From an uncultured Gemmatimonadales bacterium (lineage in GTDB: Bacteria > Gemmatimonadota > Gemmatimonadetes > Gemmatimonadales > GWC2-71-9), in the NCBI GenBank assembly GCA_963739455.1, contig CAVUAK010000001.1:1920001-1984000 (forward strand): a stretch of 64,000 nucleotides of DNA, written 5' to 3'. Below, piece after piece: positions 40,612 through 48,775 of the stretch; within the stretch, counting starts at the first letter, position 1; each line of letters begins with the position of its first letter. Both the position numbers and the translations under genes were made by a program. The notes beneath the pieces are model-generated. The model saw only the letters and a program-made list of their open reading frames with translations, did not search any database and was not told the origin of the DNA.

Positions 40612-42780
40612 TCAGCTGCGCGTCTTGAACCCGATCTCCGCGCCGACGTAGATGTTCCGCCGGGGCGAGGGCTCCAGGACGCGCCCGCCGAATCCGTTGA
40701 CCGTCACGGCGCCGATGTACTTCCGGTCGAACAGGTTGTCCAAGCCGACGTAGGGCAGGAATGACAGGTCGCGCGACTGCGTCGACCAGCTTATCCGGAG
40801 GTTGGTGACGCCGGCGCCCCAGTTCTCCACCCACAGCGTATTCTGGTCGTCCGCCGTCAGCGAGGACGACAGGGTCTGGTCCAGGTCCACGACAAAGCCG
40901 AGCCCCGGCTGGGATCGCAAGCCGATACGCGTGAAGAAGCGCGGCACCCCCGGAACCATGTTGCCGTTGAGAGTATCGGCAGCCGCGCCATTCACCACCA
41001 CGTAGTCAGCGAACTTGTAGTTCGCATAGGTGAAGGCAAGCGAAGCGCTGAACTGCTTGACCGGCGCGACGGTGATGCTCAGTTCGAGCCCGTTGTTGTG
41101 AAGCTTGCCGGCGTTGGTGTAGTACACCCGCCCATTCACGTCCCGGAACGGCACGATCGCATCGCGAACGCGGCTGATGAAGCCGGAGACGGAGTAGTCG
41201 AGCCACGTCGAGATGCGACCACGCGCGCCGAGTTCGGCGCTCAGGGTGTACTGCGGCAGGATCGCGTCGTTGAATCCGCCGCTGCCATCTGGACGATTCG
41301 CCAGCTCGGTCGTGGTGGGTGTCTCGAAGGCAGAGGCGACGTTGATGTAGGGTGTCACTCCCTCCGAGACGTAGTAGCTCATTCCAGCGGTGCCACTTGG
41401 CGAGTTCAGTGGGAGGTTGCCACTGTCGTCGGTGCCGTCCGCAAGGTTGTTGTCCTGCACGTCAAACGTCACCCAGTCGTACCGCGCCCCGGCATCGACC
41501 GTGACCCGCTCGGTGGGGGTCCAGTGCGCCTGGATGAACGGCCCCGTCTCCGTCACCGTCTCCACCTGGTTGAGCAGGATGCTGTCGGTCGGCTGGCCGC
41601 TGAGCGACCGGAAGTTCTGCCGGTCATCTCGCATGCGCTGGAAGTCGATGCCGGCGGTGAGCAGCGGCGAGCGCCAGGAGGTGCCAGGACGATAGGCGCC
41701 GGTTGCCCGCGCACCGGCAGTCTGGCGCTCGATCTGCACATACACGCCAGCGATCGGCGCCTCCGCGCCCTGGCCGCCCGGGGGTGCCGTGGCGAGGGGG
41801 TTCTGCACGCCGCGCTTGAGCCCGAACGCCGTCACGTTGATCGCCCCGCTGTGCGAGACGAAGTGCTGCTGGTAGGTGAGCGATACCTGCTGCTGGTTGA
41901 TGTCGTTCGACGCCCCGCGCCGGATGTTCGCGGCGGCGGCCGAGTCCGGGTTGACGTCGTACTCGGCGAAGGTGAGGGCACCCGGGTTCTGCAGCAGAGG
42001 GCTGTTGGCGAGGAGCACCCAGAGGTCCAGTGAGCTGCGCTTGGTGGGCGTCCAGGTCAGGCCGATGTTGTAGATCCCGACGTCGGCGGCACTGTTCTGC
42101 CGGAACCCATCCCACGTGAAGCGGGAGAGCGACAGGACGCCGCTGAAGTTGCCCTTGCGCGCGGTGCTGATGGCTTGCCACTTGTCCATGCCGTACGAAC
42201 CCGCCTGGAACCGTACGCTCTGCGTGAAGAGCTCCGGCTCCGCCGTGCGCGAATGCAGGGCAACCACGCCGCCAGAGGCATTGCCGTAGAGCGATGATGC
42301 CGGCCCGCGCAGCACCTCGACCTTGTCCAGCAGGCCGTAGTCGACGTTGGTGAGCTGACTCTGCCCGTCCGGTAGCGTCTGGGGAACGCCGTCGAGCAGC
42401 ACCTTCACGCCGCGCGCACCGAAGTTGGCCCTGGCACCGGCTCCGCGGATCACGATGCGCTGGCCCTGCGAATAGTTGTAGCGGTTCTGGATGTAGACGC
42501 CGGGGATGTTGTTCAGCGCCTCATCTGCCGTCAGCGTCGGCTGTGCGCGGGTGATGTCACGTGGCCCGACCACGCCGATCGCCTGGGGTACCCTGCTCAG
42601 TGGCTCCGAGGTACGCGTGACCGTGACGGTGATCTCGTCCAGCACCTGCACGGAGTCGCGACGGGCTGAGTCGGCCCGCGTCGGGGCGACCGGCTCCTGT
42701 GCGGAGGCCAGCGAGGGGCTGAAGAGCACCGCGCAGGGCACAAGAAAGGTGGCCGCGCGGAGGATACGAGCGATAGACAT
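40612..42780 (-). CDS. TonB-dependent receptor
   Basis: Signal peptide; TonB box LDEITVT; plug motifs IVIRG, VEVLRGPASSLYG, GGVV; C-terminal NLFDRKY...PRRNIYVGAEIGF. Confidence 0.92.
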   Translation of the reverse strand: MSIARILRAATFLVPCAVLFSPSLASAQEPVAPTRADSARRDSVQVLDEITVTVTRTSEPLSRVPQAIGVVGPRDITRAQPTLTADEALNNIPGVYIQNRYNYSQGQRIVIRGAGARANFGARGVKVLLDGVPQTLPDGQSQLTNVDYGLLDKVEVLRGPASSLYGNASGGVVALHSRTAEPELFTQSVRFQAGSYGMDKWQAISTARKGNFSGVLSLSRFTWDGFRQNSAADVGIYNIGLTWTPTKRSSLDLWVLLANSPLLQNPGALTFAEYDVNPDSAAAANIRRGASNDINQQQVSLTYQQHFVSHSGAINVTAFGLKRGVQNPLATAPPGGQGAEAPIAGVYVQIERQTAGARATGAYRPGTSWRSPLLTAGIDFQRMRDDRQNFRSLSGQPTDSILLNQVETVTETGPFIQAHWTPTERVTVDAGARYDWVTFDVQDNNLADGTDDSGNLPLNSPSGTAGMSYYVSEGVTPYINVASAFETPTTTELANRPDGSGGFNDAILPQYTLSAELGARGRISTWLDYSVSGFISRVRDAIVPFRDVNGRVYYTNAGKLHNNGLELSITVAPVKQFSASLAFTYANYKFADYVVVNGAAADTLNGNMVPGVPRFFTRIGLRSQPGLGFVVDLDQTLSSSLTADDQNTLWVENWGAGVTNLRISWSTQSRDLSFLPYVGLDNLFDRKYIGAVTVNGFGGRVLEPSPRRNIYVGAEIGFKTRS

Positions 42781-42841
42781 GGACGATCCGGATTCGTGGG
42801 TTGGCACCTGGTTCGGGGCAGAATCTAGTCGATTGTGTTGC

Positions 42842-42870
42842 TTGAATCCCCGGAGTCGACCTCCTACCTT
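42842..42870 (+). promoter_or_regulatory. sigma70-type promoter, near-leaderless, for the TIGR00300-Fur-ccdA unit
   Basis: TTGAAT-N17-TACCTT, 9 nt before ATG 42880. Confidence 0.5.
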
Positions 42871-42879
42871 CCGCCCACC

Positions 42880-43968
42880 ATGAGCAAGTCTTCCTACTCT
42901 GAACCAGACTTCACCCAGGCGCCCTTCGCCGGGGCACCCGAGGCGCGGTTCATGGCGCTTCCCGCGGACGGTGTACTGCCTGAAGGCTTCTTCTCGACGT
43001 CCAACCTTCCGACGTACGTGAACATCGGTGGTCGCTGGCAGATGCCGGTGCGCCCCCGCATGGATTGCGTCATCGCCCGCCGAGCGGATGGACTCGAGAC
43101 CATCGAGCCGCGCCGCCTCCGCAAGGGAGACCTTGTCGCGGTCGGCGAGGCCGAAGATGGCACTGAGGGCATCGTGGTGCACACCGTCGGTTTCCTCGGC
43201 GGCAGCCATTCGGCCAATGAATTCCAGTTCATGGGCACCGAGGTAAGCCGGGAGAAGCCAGTCAACTACGAGGAACTGGCGTTCCAGCTGGAGAAGGAGC
43301 GGCGTGCTGGCGGCTACGTGCTCTGGGTTGCCGGTCCTGCGCTGGTACACTCCCGCGCACGGTCGGACTTCGAGTGGTTCATCCGCAATGGCTACGTCCA
43401 GGCGGCGCTGCTCGGCAATGCCGTCGCGGTGCACGACATGGAAGCAGCCATCTTCGGCACCACGCTGGGGATGAGCAACAAGGGTGTGCCGCAGGACGGT
43501 GGTCACGGGCTCCACATGCGTGCCATCAACAAGGTCCGCGCCGCAGGCTCGATTGCGAATGCGGTGAAGGCCGGCCTGGTCACCAGCGGAATCATGCACA
43601 CGCTGGAGACCTGCGGCGTGCCGTATGTGCTCGCCGGTTCGATCCGCGACGATGGCCCGCTGCCCGGCGTCTACAGCGACACGCTGCTGGCCCAGGAAGC
43701 GATGCGCGAGCACACGGTGCTCGCCACCGGTGCGGTATTCATCGCCACGGCGCTGCACGCCATCGCCGTCGGGAACATGCTGCCTGCCTTCCATACCCGG
43801 CGAGGTCCGCCGGAGCCGCTCATGACGATTTGCGTGGACCAGACGGAGTTTGTCGTCAACAAGCTGAAGGATCGCGGCACGCACCAGGCGTTTGGCGTGG
43901 TCACCAACGCGCAGGATTTCATGCACGTGCTGAGGTTCTACGTCGAGCAGGCCCGGGGCGCCGCATGA
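42880..43968 (+). CDS. TIGR00300 / LOR-SDH family protein, similar to the ArgZ/AgrE C-terminal region; putative ornithine cyclodeaminase
   Basis: DGVLPEGFFSTSNLPT, RMDC, FQFM...VSREK, GNAVAVHD, LAGSIRDDGPLP, LHAIAVGNMLP, KLKDRG. Confidence 0.8.
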   Translation: MSKSSYSEPDFTQAPFAGAPEARFMALPADGVLPEGFFSTSNLPTYVNIGGRWQMPVRPRMDCVIARRADGLETIEPRRLRKGDLVAVGEAEDGTEGIVVHTVGFLGGSHSANEFQFMGTEVSREKPVNYEELAFQLEKERRAGGYVLWVAGPALVHSRARSDFEWFIRNGYVQAALLGNAVAVHDMEAAIFGTTLGMSNKGVPQDGGHGLHMRAINKVRAAGSIANAVKAGLVTSGIMHTLETCGVPYVLAGSIRDDGPLPGVYSDTLLAQEAMREHTVLATGAVFIATALHAIAVGNMLPAFHTRRGPPEPLMTICVDQTEFVVNKLKDRGTHQAFGVVTNAQDFMHVLRFYVEQARGAA

Positions 43969-44351
43969 CTGCCCCTCTCCGCACGACCTGGCGCGGTGGC
44001 TGGACGAGGCTCGCCGAGGCCGCGCTGGCGGTGCTGCCGGTCGATGCGGTTGAGGGGATCTGGCAATTCCAGCCGATCCGCCTCGAGCGTCGCGAACTGG
44101 GCACTGCCATCCTCGCCCTCCGGGATGGTGAGCGGCGCCGCATCTGGACGGCGCGCTATGCCCTTACCATCCGTGGGCGCGAGCGCGGCGCGTTCGAGCA
44201 CTCGCTCGAGGAGGTTGGTAGCGGGCCGGTCGAGGCGCTGGAGGAACTCCTCGTCAATGTGCGCCGCCGGCTGGGCGAGGATGACGCACCAATACCGGTG
44301 TCCATAGACCAGTGGCGCGAGGCAGCGCTCGATGGCGCACCTCAGCCGTGA
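43965..44351 (+). CDS. Hypothetical protein (128 aa)
   Basis: ATGA overlap with the upstream gene, overlaps the Fur start, host-like codon usage. Confidence 0.7.
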   Translation: MTAPLRTTWRGGWTRLAEAALAVLPVDAVEGIWQFQPIRLERRELGTAILALRDGERRRIWTARYALTIRGRERGAFEHSLEEVGSGPVEALEELLVNVRRRLGEDDAPIPVSIDQWREAALDGAPQP

Positions 44352-44808
44352 GGAGGCGGCCGGCCTCCTCGAACGCTTTCACCGGCACCTCCGCGACCAC
44401 CGCCTTCCCATCACGCCCCAGCGAACGCTGATCGCCAGGGTGCTCTTCGAGTCTGACGAGCACCTGTCGGTCGAGGCCATCGAGCGCCGCCTCAAGCAGG
44501 CGGGCGCGCGGGTCGGCACGGCGACGGTCTATCGCACCCTGGATACGCTGGTCGAGAGCGGACTGCTCCGCACCCACGATTTTGGCGAGGGCTTCCGCCG
44601 CTACGAGCCCGTGGCATCGTCCCAGCAGCATGAGCACCTCGTCTGCCTCCGGTGCGGTACCGTGCAGGAATTCCAGAATGACCGTCTCGAGCGGATGCTT
44701 CCCGTCATCGCCGATGAGTTCCATTTCCAGCACCAGCGCCACCGTATCGAGATCTACGGTCTTTGCCGGGACTGCCGGCAGCGCGACCTCGGCGGACTGC
44801 TCGGATGA
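44332..44808 (+). CDS. Fur-family transcriptional regulator
   Basis: TPQR, HLSVE, ATVYRTL, HEHLVCLRCG, YGLCRDC. Confidence 0.92.
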   Translation: MAHLSREEAAGLLERFHRHLRDHRLPITPQRTLIARVLFESDEHLSVEAIERRLKQAGARVGTATVYRTLDTLVESGLLRTHDFGEGFRRYEPVASSQQHEHLVCLRCGTVQEFQNDRLERMLPVIADEFHFQHQRHRIEIYGLCRDCRQRDLGGLLG

Positions 44809-45533
44809 GTGAGACGGCAGGCCTCGGCCTGTTCGTGGCCTTTGCCGCGGGGCTGCTGAGCTTCCTCTCTCCCTGCGTGCTCCCGCTGGTGCCGAGCTAC
44901 GTGGGATTCCTCACCGGCATGACAGTTCCGGAGCTTGGTGCGCGACGCCGCCTCGCATTGCTGCATGCGCTCTGCTTCGTTGCCGGCTTCTCGCTCATCT
45001 TCATCCTGCTCGGCGCCAGTGCTACCGCGCTTGGTCGCGCGCTCCGCTACTACCAGGTATGGCTGACGCGGGCCGGCGGCCTGCTTATCATCGCGTTCGG
45101 GTTCTACTGTCTCGGGATACTCAAGCTCAATGCGTTGCAGATGGAGCGTCGCATTCAGTTGCAGGACAAGCCGGTGGGTTTCCTGGGATCGGTACTGGTC
45201 GGGATGGCGTTCGGTGCCGGCTGGACTCCCTGCATCGGCCCGATCCTGGGTGGGATCCTCGGACTGGCCACGGTGGAACAGGATGTGGGGCGTGGCATGC
45301 TCCTGCTCGGTGCCTACTCGGCGGGCCTTGCGGTGCCGTTCCTGCTCGCAGCGCTCGCCGTGGAGTCATTCCTTGACTGGTTCCAGCGCTTCCGGAAGTA
45401 CCTGCCGTGGGTGATGCGGATCAGTGGGGTGCTGCTGATTGCGGTGGGAGTACTGATGGTCACGGGGGAATTCACGCGGCTCGCGGGATGGCTGCAGGCC
45501 CTCACGCCGGGGTTCCTGAAAAGCCGCATCTAG
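44805..45533 (+). CDS. ccdA: Cytochrome c biogenesis protein CcdA
   Basis: FAAGLLSFLSPCVLPLVP and GWTPCIGPILG; about six TM segments. Confidence 0.9.
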   Translation: MSETAGLGLFVAFAAGLLSFLSPCVLPLVPSYVGFLTGMTVPELGARRRLALLHALCFVAGFSLIFILLGASATALGRALRYYQVWLTRAGGLLIIAFGFYCLGILKLNALQMERRIQLQDKPVGFLGSVLVGMAFGAGWTPCIGPILGGILGLATVEQDVGRGMLLLGAYSAGLAVPFLLAALAVESFLDWFQRFRKYLPWVMRISGVLLIAVGVLMVTGEFTRLAGWLQALTPGFLKSRI

Positions 45534-45649
45534 CCCTTCATTGTCCCGAACTGAAACCCTGTCCGAAAGCTGTGGGTTGCGCCGCAAATCGGGCCGCCGC
45601 ATAGTGGAACTGGCACTATTGCAGTTCACCCTCTTCGGTCGGAGGGTAC

Positions 45650-46087
45650 GTGCGGTTTCGAGGGTTGGAGGTCGCCCTGCTTGCGTCGCTCGCAGCCTGC
45701 GGCGGTGATCCGGTGGCAATGCTGCAGTCGAACATCGTCGCCATCAACATTTACGATTTCTACTACTCGCCTGCCGGCACCACGGTTCGCGCTGGCACCG
45801 AGGTGCACTGGGTCAACAACGGACCCTCCGCTCACACCACGACCAGCGACACCGGAATATGGGATAGCGGATCCCTGGCAGCGCCCACCTCGGGCGGGGG
45901 CGGGACTGGAACGCCACCGCCCGGCACTCCCCCTCCGACAAATCCCTATCCAAACGGCATGCTGCTGTCCGAAGGGGGAACCTTTTCAACCACCTTCAGC
46001 ACACCAGGTGTCTACGGCTTCCATTGCTCGCTGCACCCTCCTGCCACCAAGCCAGGCTTCGTGGGCACGGTAACTGTCACGGAGTGA
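45650..46087 (+). CDS. Cupredoxin (plastocyanin/amicyanin-like) lipoprotein
   Basis: Lipobox LAAC; YSPAGTTVRAGTEVHWVN...AHTTTS, WDSG, PGVYGFHCSLHP...GTVTV. Confidence 0.8.
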   Translation: MRFRGLEVALLASLAACGGDPVAMLQSNIVAINIYDFYYSPAGTTVRAGTEVHWVNNGPSAHTTTSDTGIWDSGSLAAPTSGGGGTGTPPPGTPPPTNPYPNGMLLSEGGTFSTTFSTPGVYGFHCSLHPPATKPGFVGTVTVTE

Positions 46088-46108
46088 CGCGCCGGCGGCT
46101 GGTGCCGC

Positions 46109-47860
46109 CTACACGGTCAATTCCAGCTCCTCCTCAGCCTCCTGGCGACGAAGCAGTTCCCAGTAGCGCCCTCGTGCCGCGATGAGCACCGGGTGCGTGC
46201 CCCGCTCAACCACGCGTCCCTCGTCCAGTACGATGATCTCGTCGGCATCGCGGACCGCAGCCAGGCGGTGTGAGATGACGATCGTCGTGCGCCCCAGCAG
46301 GGCACCGCGCAGCGCCTGCAGGATCTTCGCCTCCGTGTTGGCGTCCACTGCGCTCAACGCATCGTCGAGCACGAAGATCGGGGGGTCCTGCGCCAGAGCG
46401 CGCGCGATCGCCGCCCTCTGCTTCTGGCCGCCGGAGAGGTTGATGCCCCGTTCACCCAGCATCGTGTCGTAGCCTCGCGGCAGCTCGGGGATGGCGGCCG
46501 AGAGCTGCGACACCTCCCCCACGCGCTCGAGCCGACCGTCATCGGGTGCGCCCAGCAGCACGTTGTGGCGCAGCGTGTCGCTGAACAGGAATGTCTCCTG
46601 CGGCACGATGCCGAGTGCGCGCCGCAGCTCGGGCAGCACCAATTCGTCGAGAGGAACGCCGTCAATGAGGACACGACCCCGCGCGGGGTCATAGGCCCGT
46701 GACAGGAGTTCGGCGACCGTGGACTTGCCAGCACCAGTTGCACCCACGATGGCGAGGGACTGCCCCGCTGCGACGTGGAAGGAGACGTCGGACAGCGCCC
46801 AGCCACGATCCTGCGCTGCCGGATAGCGGAACCACACCTGCTCGAAGGTGACGCTTCGCGCGCCCGGTGTCGACGGAAGTGCAGTGGGGTTCTTCGCCGA
46901 GGTAATCAGCGGCTTCTCGCGCATGATCTCACCGATGCGCTGCATGGCCGCGGTGGCGCGTTGCACCAGGTTTACGGCCCAGCCAAGCGCAATCAGGGGC
47001 CACACGAGCATCGCGAGGTACACGCCGAACGCGACGAAGGCGCCAGCCGTGACGGTGCCGTCGATGACCAGCTGGCCACCCAGCAACAGCACCACTACGG
47101 TGCCGAGCCCGCCCAGCAGTGCCAGGAGCGGGTGGAAGGCGCCCTGCGCGTAGGCCAGTGAGAGGTTCCGGTCGAGGTATTCGTCGTTGAGCCTCGCGAA
47201 TGCCGTCGTCTCCGCGCGCTCCTGCCGGTACGCGCGCACCACGCGCACCCCGGAAATGTGCTCGTGCACGTGTGACGTGATGACGCCGAAGAACGTCTGG
47301 ATCGCGAGCGACCGGTTGTGGATCATGCGGCCGAGGAAGATCATGACCAGCGGGAGGCCGAGCATCGGCAGCAGGGCCAGGAGGGTCAGGCGCGCGCTGA
47401 TGTGCGCCATCGCGGGTATGACCAGCATGGCCCGCATGGTGGTGTCCACCAGGTACATCAGGGCCGGACCAGCGACCATGCGGAGCGACGTCAGGTCGTT
47501 CGTGGCGCGCGCCATGACGTCGCCGGTCGGGTGGCGGTCATAGAAGCCGGCGTCCTGCCGGAGCAGGTGGGCGAACAGGTCGTCCCGCATGTCGGTTTCG
47601 ACCCGCCGGCTGCCGCTGTTGAGGCATTCGCGCATGCCATAGCGCGCGGCGCCGCCCACCACGGCGACGATGACCATGAGCGACACGCTCCAGGCCACCG
47701 CCCGCAGGGGGGCCGACCGGGTCAGCTCATCGATGGCGCGCTCGAGGAAGCGCGGACCCAGCGTCGTGAGGATGTTCGAAAGCACGACGAACAGCAGCCC
47801 GAAGAGGTAGGTGCTGCGGTAGCGCCGCATGTAGGGCAGGAGGCTTCGTAGCTCACGCAT
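46109..47860 (-). CDS. ABC exporter with fused TMD and NBD (MdlA/MsbA-like)
   Basis: Six-TM domain, GATGAGKS, LSGGQKQR, LDDALSAVD, ISHR. Confidence 0.93.
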   Translation of the reverse strand: MRELRSLLPYMRRYRSTYLFGLLFVVLSNILTTLGPRFLERAIDELTRSAPLRAVAWSVSLMVIVAVVGGAARYGMRECLNSGSRRVETDMRDDLFAHLLRQDAGFYDRHPTGDVMARATNDLTSLRMVAGPALMYLVDTTMRAMLVIPAMAHISARLTLLALLPMLGLPLVMIFLGRMIHNRSLAIQTFFGVITSHVHEHISGVRVVRAYRQERAETTAFARLNDEYLDRNLSLAYAQGAFHPLLALLGGLGTVVVLLLGGQLVIDGTVTAGAFVAFGVYLAMLVWPLIALGWAVNLVQRATAAMQRIGEIMREKPLITSAKNPTALPSTPGARSVTFEQVWFRYPAAQDRGWALSDVSFHVAAGQSLAIVGATGAGKSTVAELLSRAYDPARGRVLIDGVPLDELVLPELRRALGIVPQETFLFSDTLRHNVLLGAPDDGRLERVGEVSQLSAAIPELPRGYDTMLGERGINLSGGQKQRAAIARALAQDPPIFVLDDALSAVDANTEAKILQALRGALLGRTTIVISHRLAAVRDADEIIVLDEGRVVERGTHPVLIAARGRYWELLRRQEAEEELELTV

Positions 47861-47918
47861 GTCGATGTAGAATGTCAGGGAACTCAATGCCGGCAGCAAG
47901 TACCATGGGGAGAGAAAC

Positions 47919-48758
47919 GTGAGACAGCATCATTTCGTGGCGGCAGCGGCAACGATCCTGCTCCTGGCCTGTGGCAGGGGCGAACAGAAGGCCGTAGCCG
48001 TCGCCGACACCGCCGGCGCGCGACCTCCAGCTCGCGCCGGTCGACACGACGGCGGCGCTCTCCGATGTGCCGCGCGACCCGGGGACAGCGCGGCGGCAAT
48101 GCCGTCCGCGGCCGCTCCCGAGACGGTCGTAGTCTACCGGGACGCGCCGCCGCCGGCGGCCAAGCCGAAGCCGAGGCCAGTCCGCGCGCAGCGACCGGGG
48201 CGGCGTCCCCGGCGCCGGCGGTCGCAGCGCCAGCACCCAGGCGTGAGCTGGCCGAGGGTACCACGCATCGAGACGACCAATGTCGACTCGATCTCGTCCA
48301 AGTTCGACAGTGCCGGCCATCGCGTGAAGGTGCGAGTCATCAGCGCCGTCAAGGATGCGGCGGGGAACACTGTCATCCCGGCCGGTTCGATCGTGACGCT
48401 GAAGATCGAGGCGATCAAGTGGTCGGAGAACAAGAACGACAAGGGCACGCTCCGGATGTCCACGCAGAATGTGCTGATTGACGGCGCCAAGTATCCACTC
48501 GTGGGCTCGGTGAGCACGCCAGCGTTTACCTACAAGCATCGCGGCAGTTCGTTGGGTGACGCGGCGAAGGTGGCTGGCGGCGCGGGCGCCGGTGCGCTCG
48601 TGGGCGGCCTGATCGGGAAGGGCACTGGTGCCGTGATCGGCGGCGTGGTTGGAGGTGCTGTCGGCGCTCAGCGCATGACGCAGACCAAGGACAACGACAT
48701 CTTCGTGGCGCCAGGTACGCCGATCACGATCACGGTCAGCGAGTTGTTCACTCGCTGA
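47919..48758 (+). CDS. Lipoprotein with a Pro-rich linker, a TrbI/VirB10-like beta domain and a glycine zipper (probable compensating frameshifts in the N-terminal half)
   Basis: Lipobox LLLAC; VIPAGSIV; GGAGAGALVGGLIGKGTGAVIGGVVGGAVG; DIFVAPGT. Confidence 0.7.
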   Translation: MRQHHFVAAAATILLLACGRGEQKAVAVADTAGARPPARAGRHDGGALRCAARPGDSAAAMPSAAAPETVVVYRDAPPPAAKPKPRPVRAQRPGRRPRRRRSQRQHPGVSWPRVPRIETTNVDSISSKFDSAGHRVKVRVISAVKDAAGNTVIPAGSIVTLKIEAIKWSENKNDKGTLRMSTQNVLIDGAKYPLVGSVSTPAFTYKHRGSSLGDAAKVAGGAGAGALVGGLIGKGTGAVIGGVVGGAVGAQRMTQTKDNDIFVAPGTPITITVSELFTR

Positions 48759-48775
48759 CCAGCGCGGGAGGAGGA

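Noticed and set aside
42781..43926. N-terminal extension making the TonB receptor 1104 aa
   Set aside because: It is antisense to the TIGR00300-like gene; the signal peptide and TonB box place the start at 42780
45611..45623. sigma54 promoter (TGGCAC...TTGC) upstream of the cupredoxin
   Set aside because: The spacing is 2 nt rather than the required 5 nt
47919..48758. Conjugative T4SS component
   Set aside because: No other vir/trb genes, relaxase or integrase nearby; fits a stand-alone glycine-zipper lipoprotein
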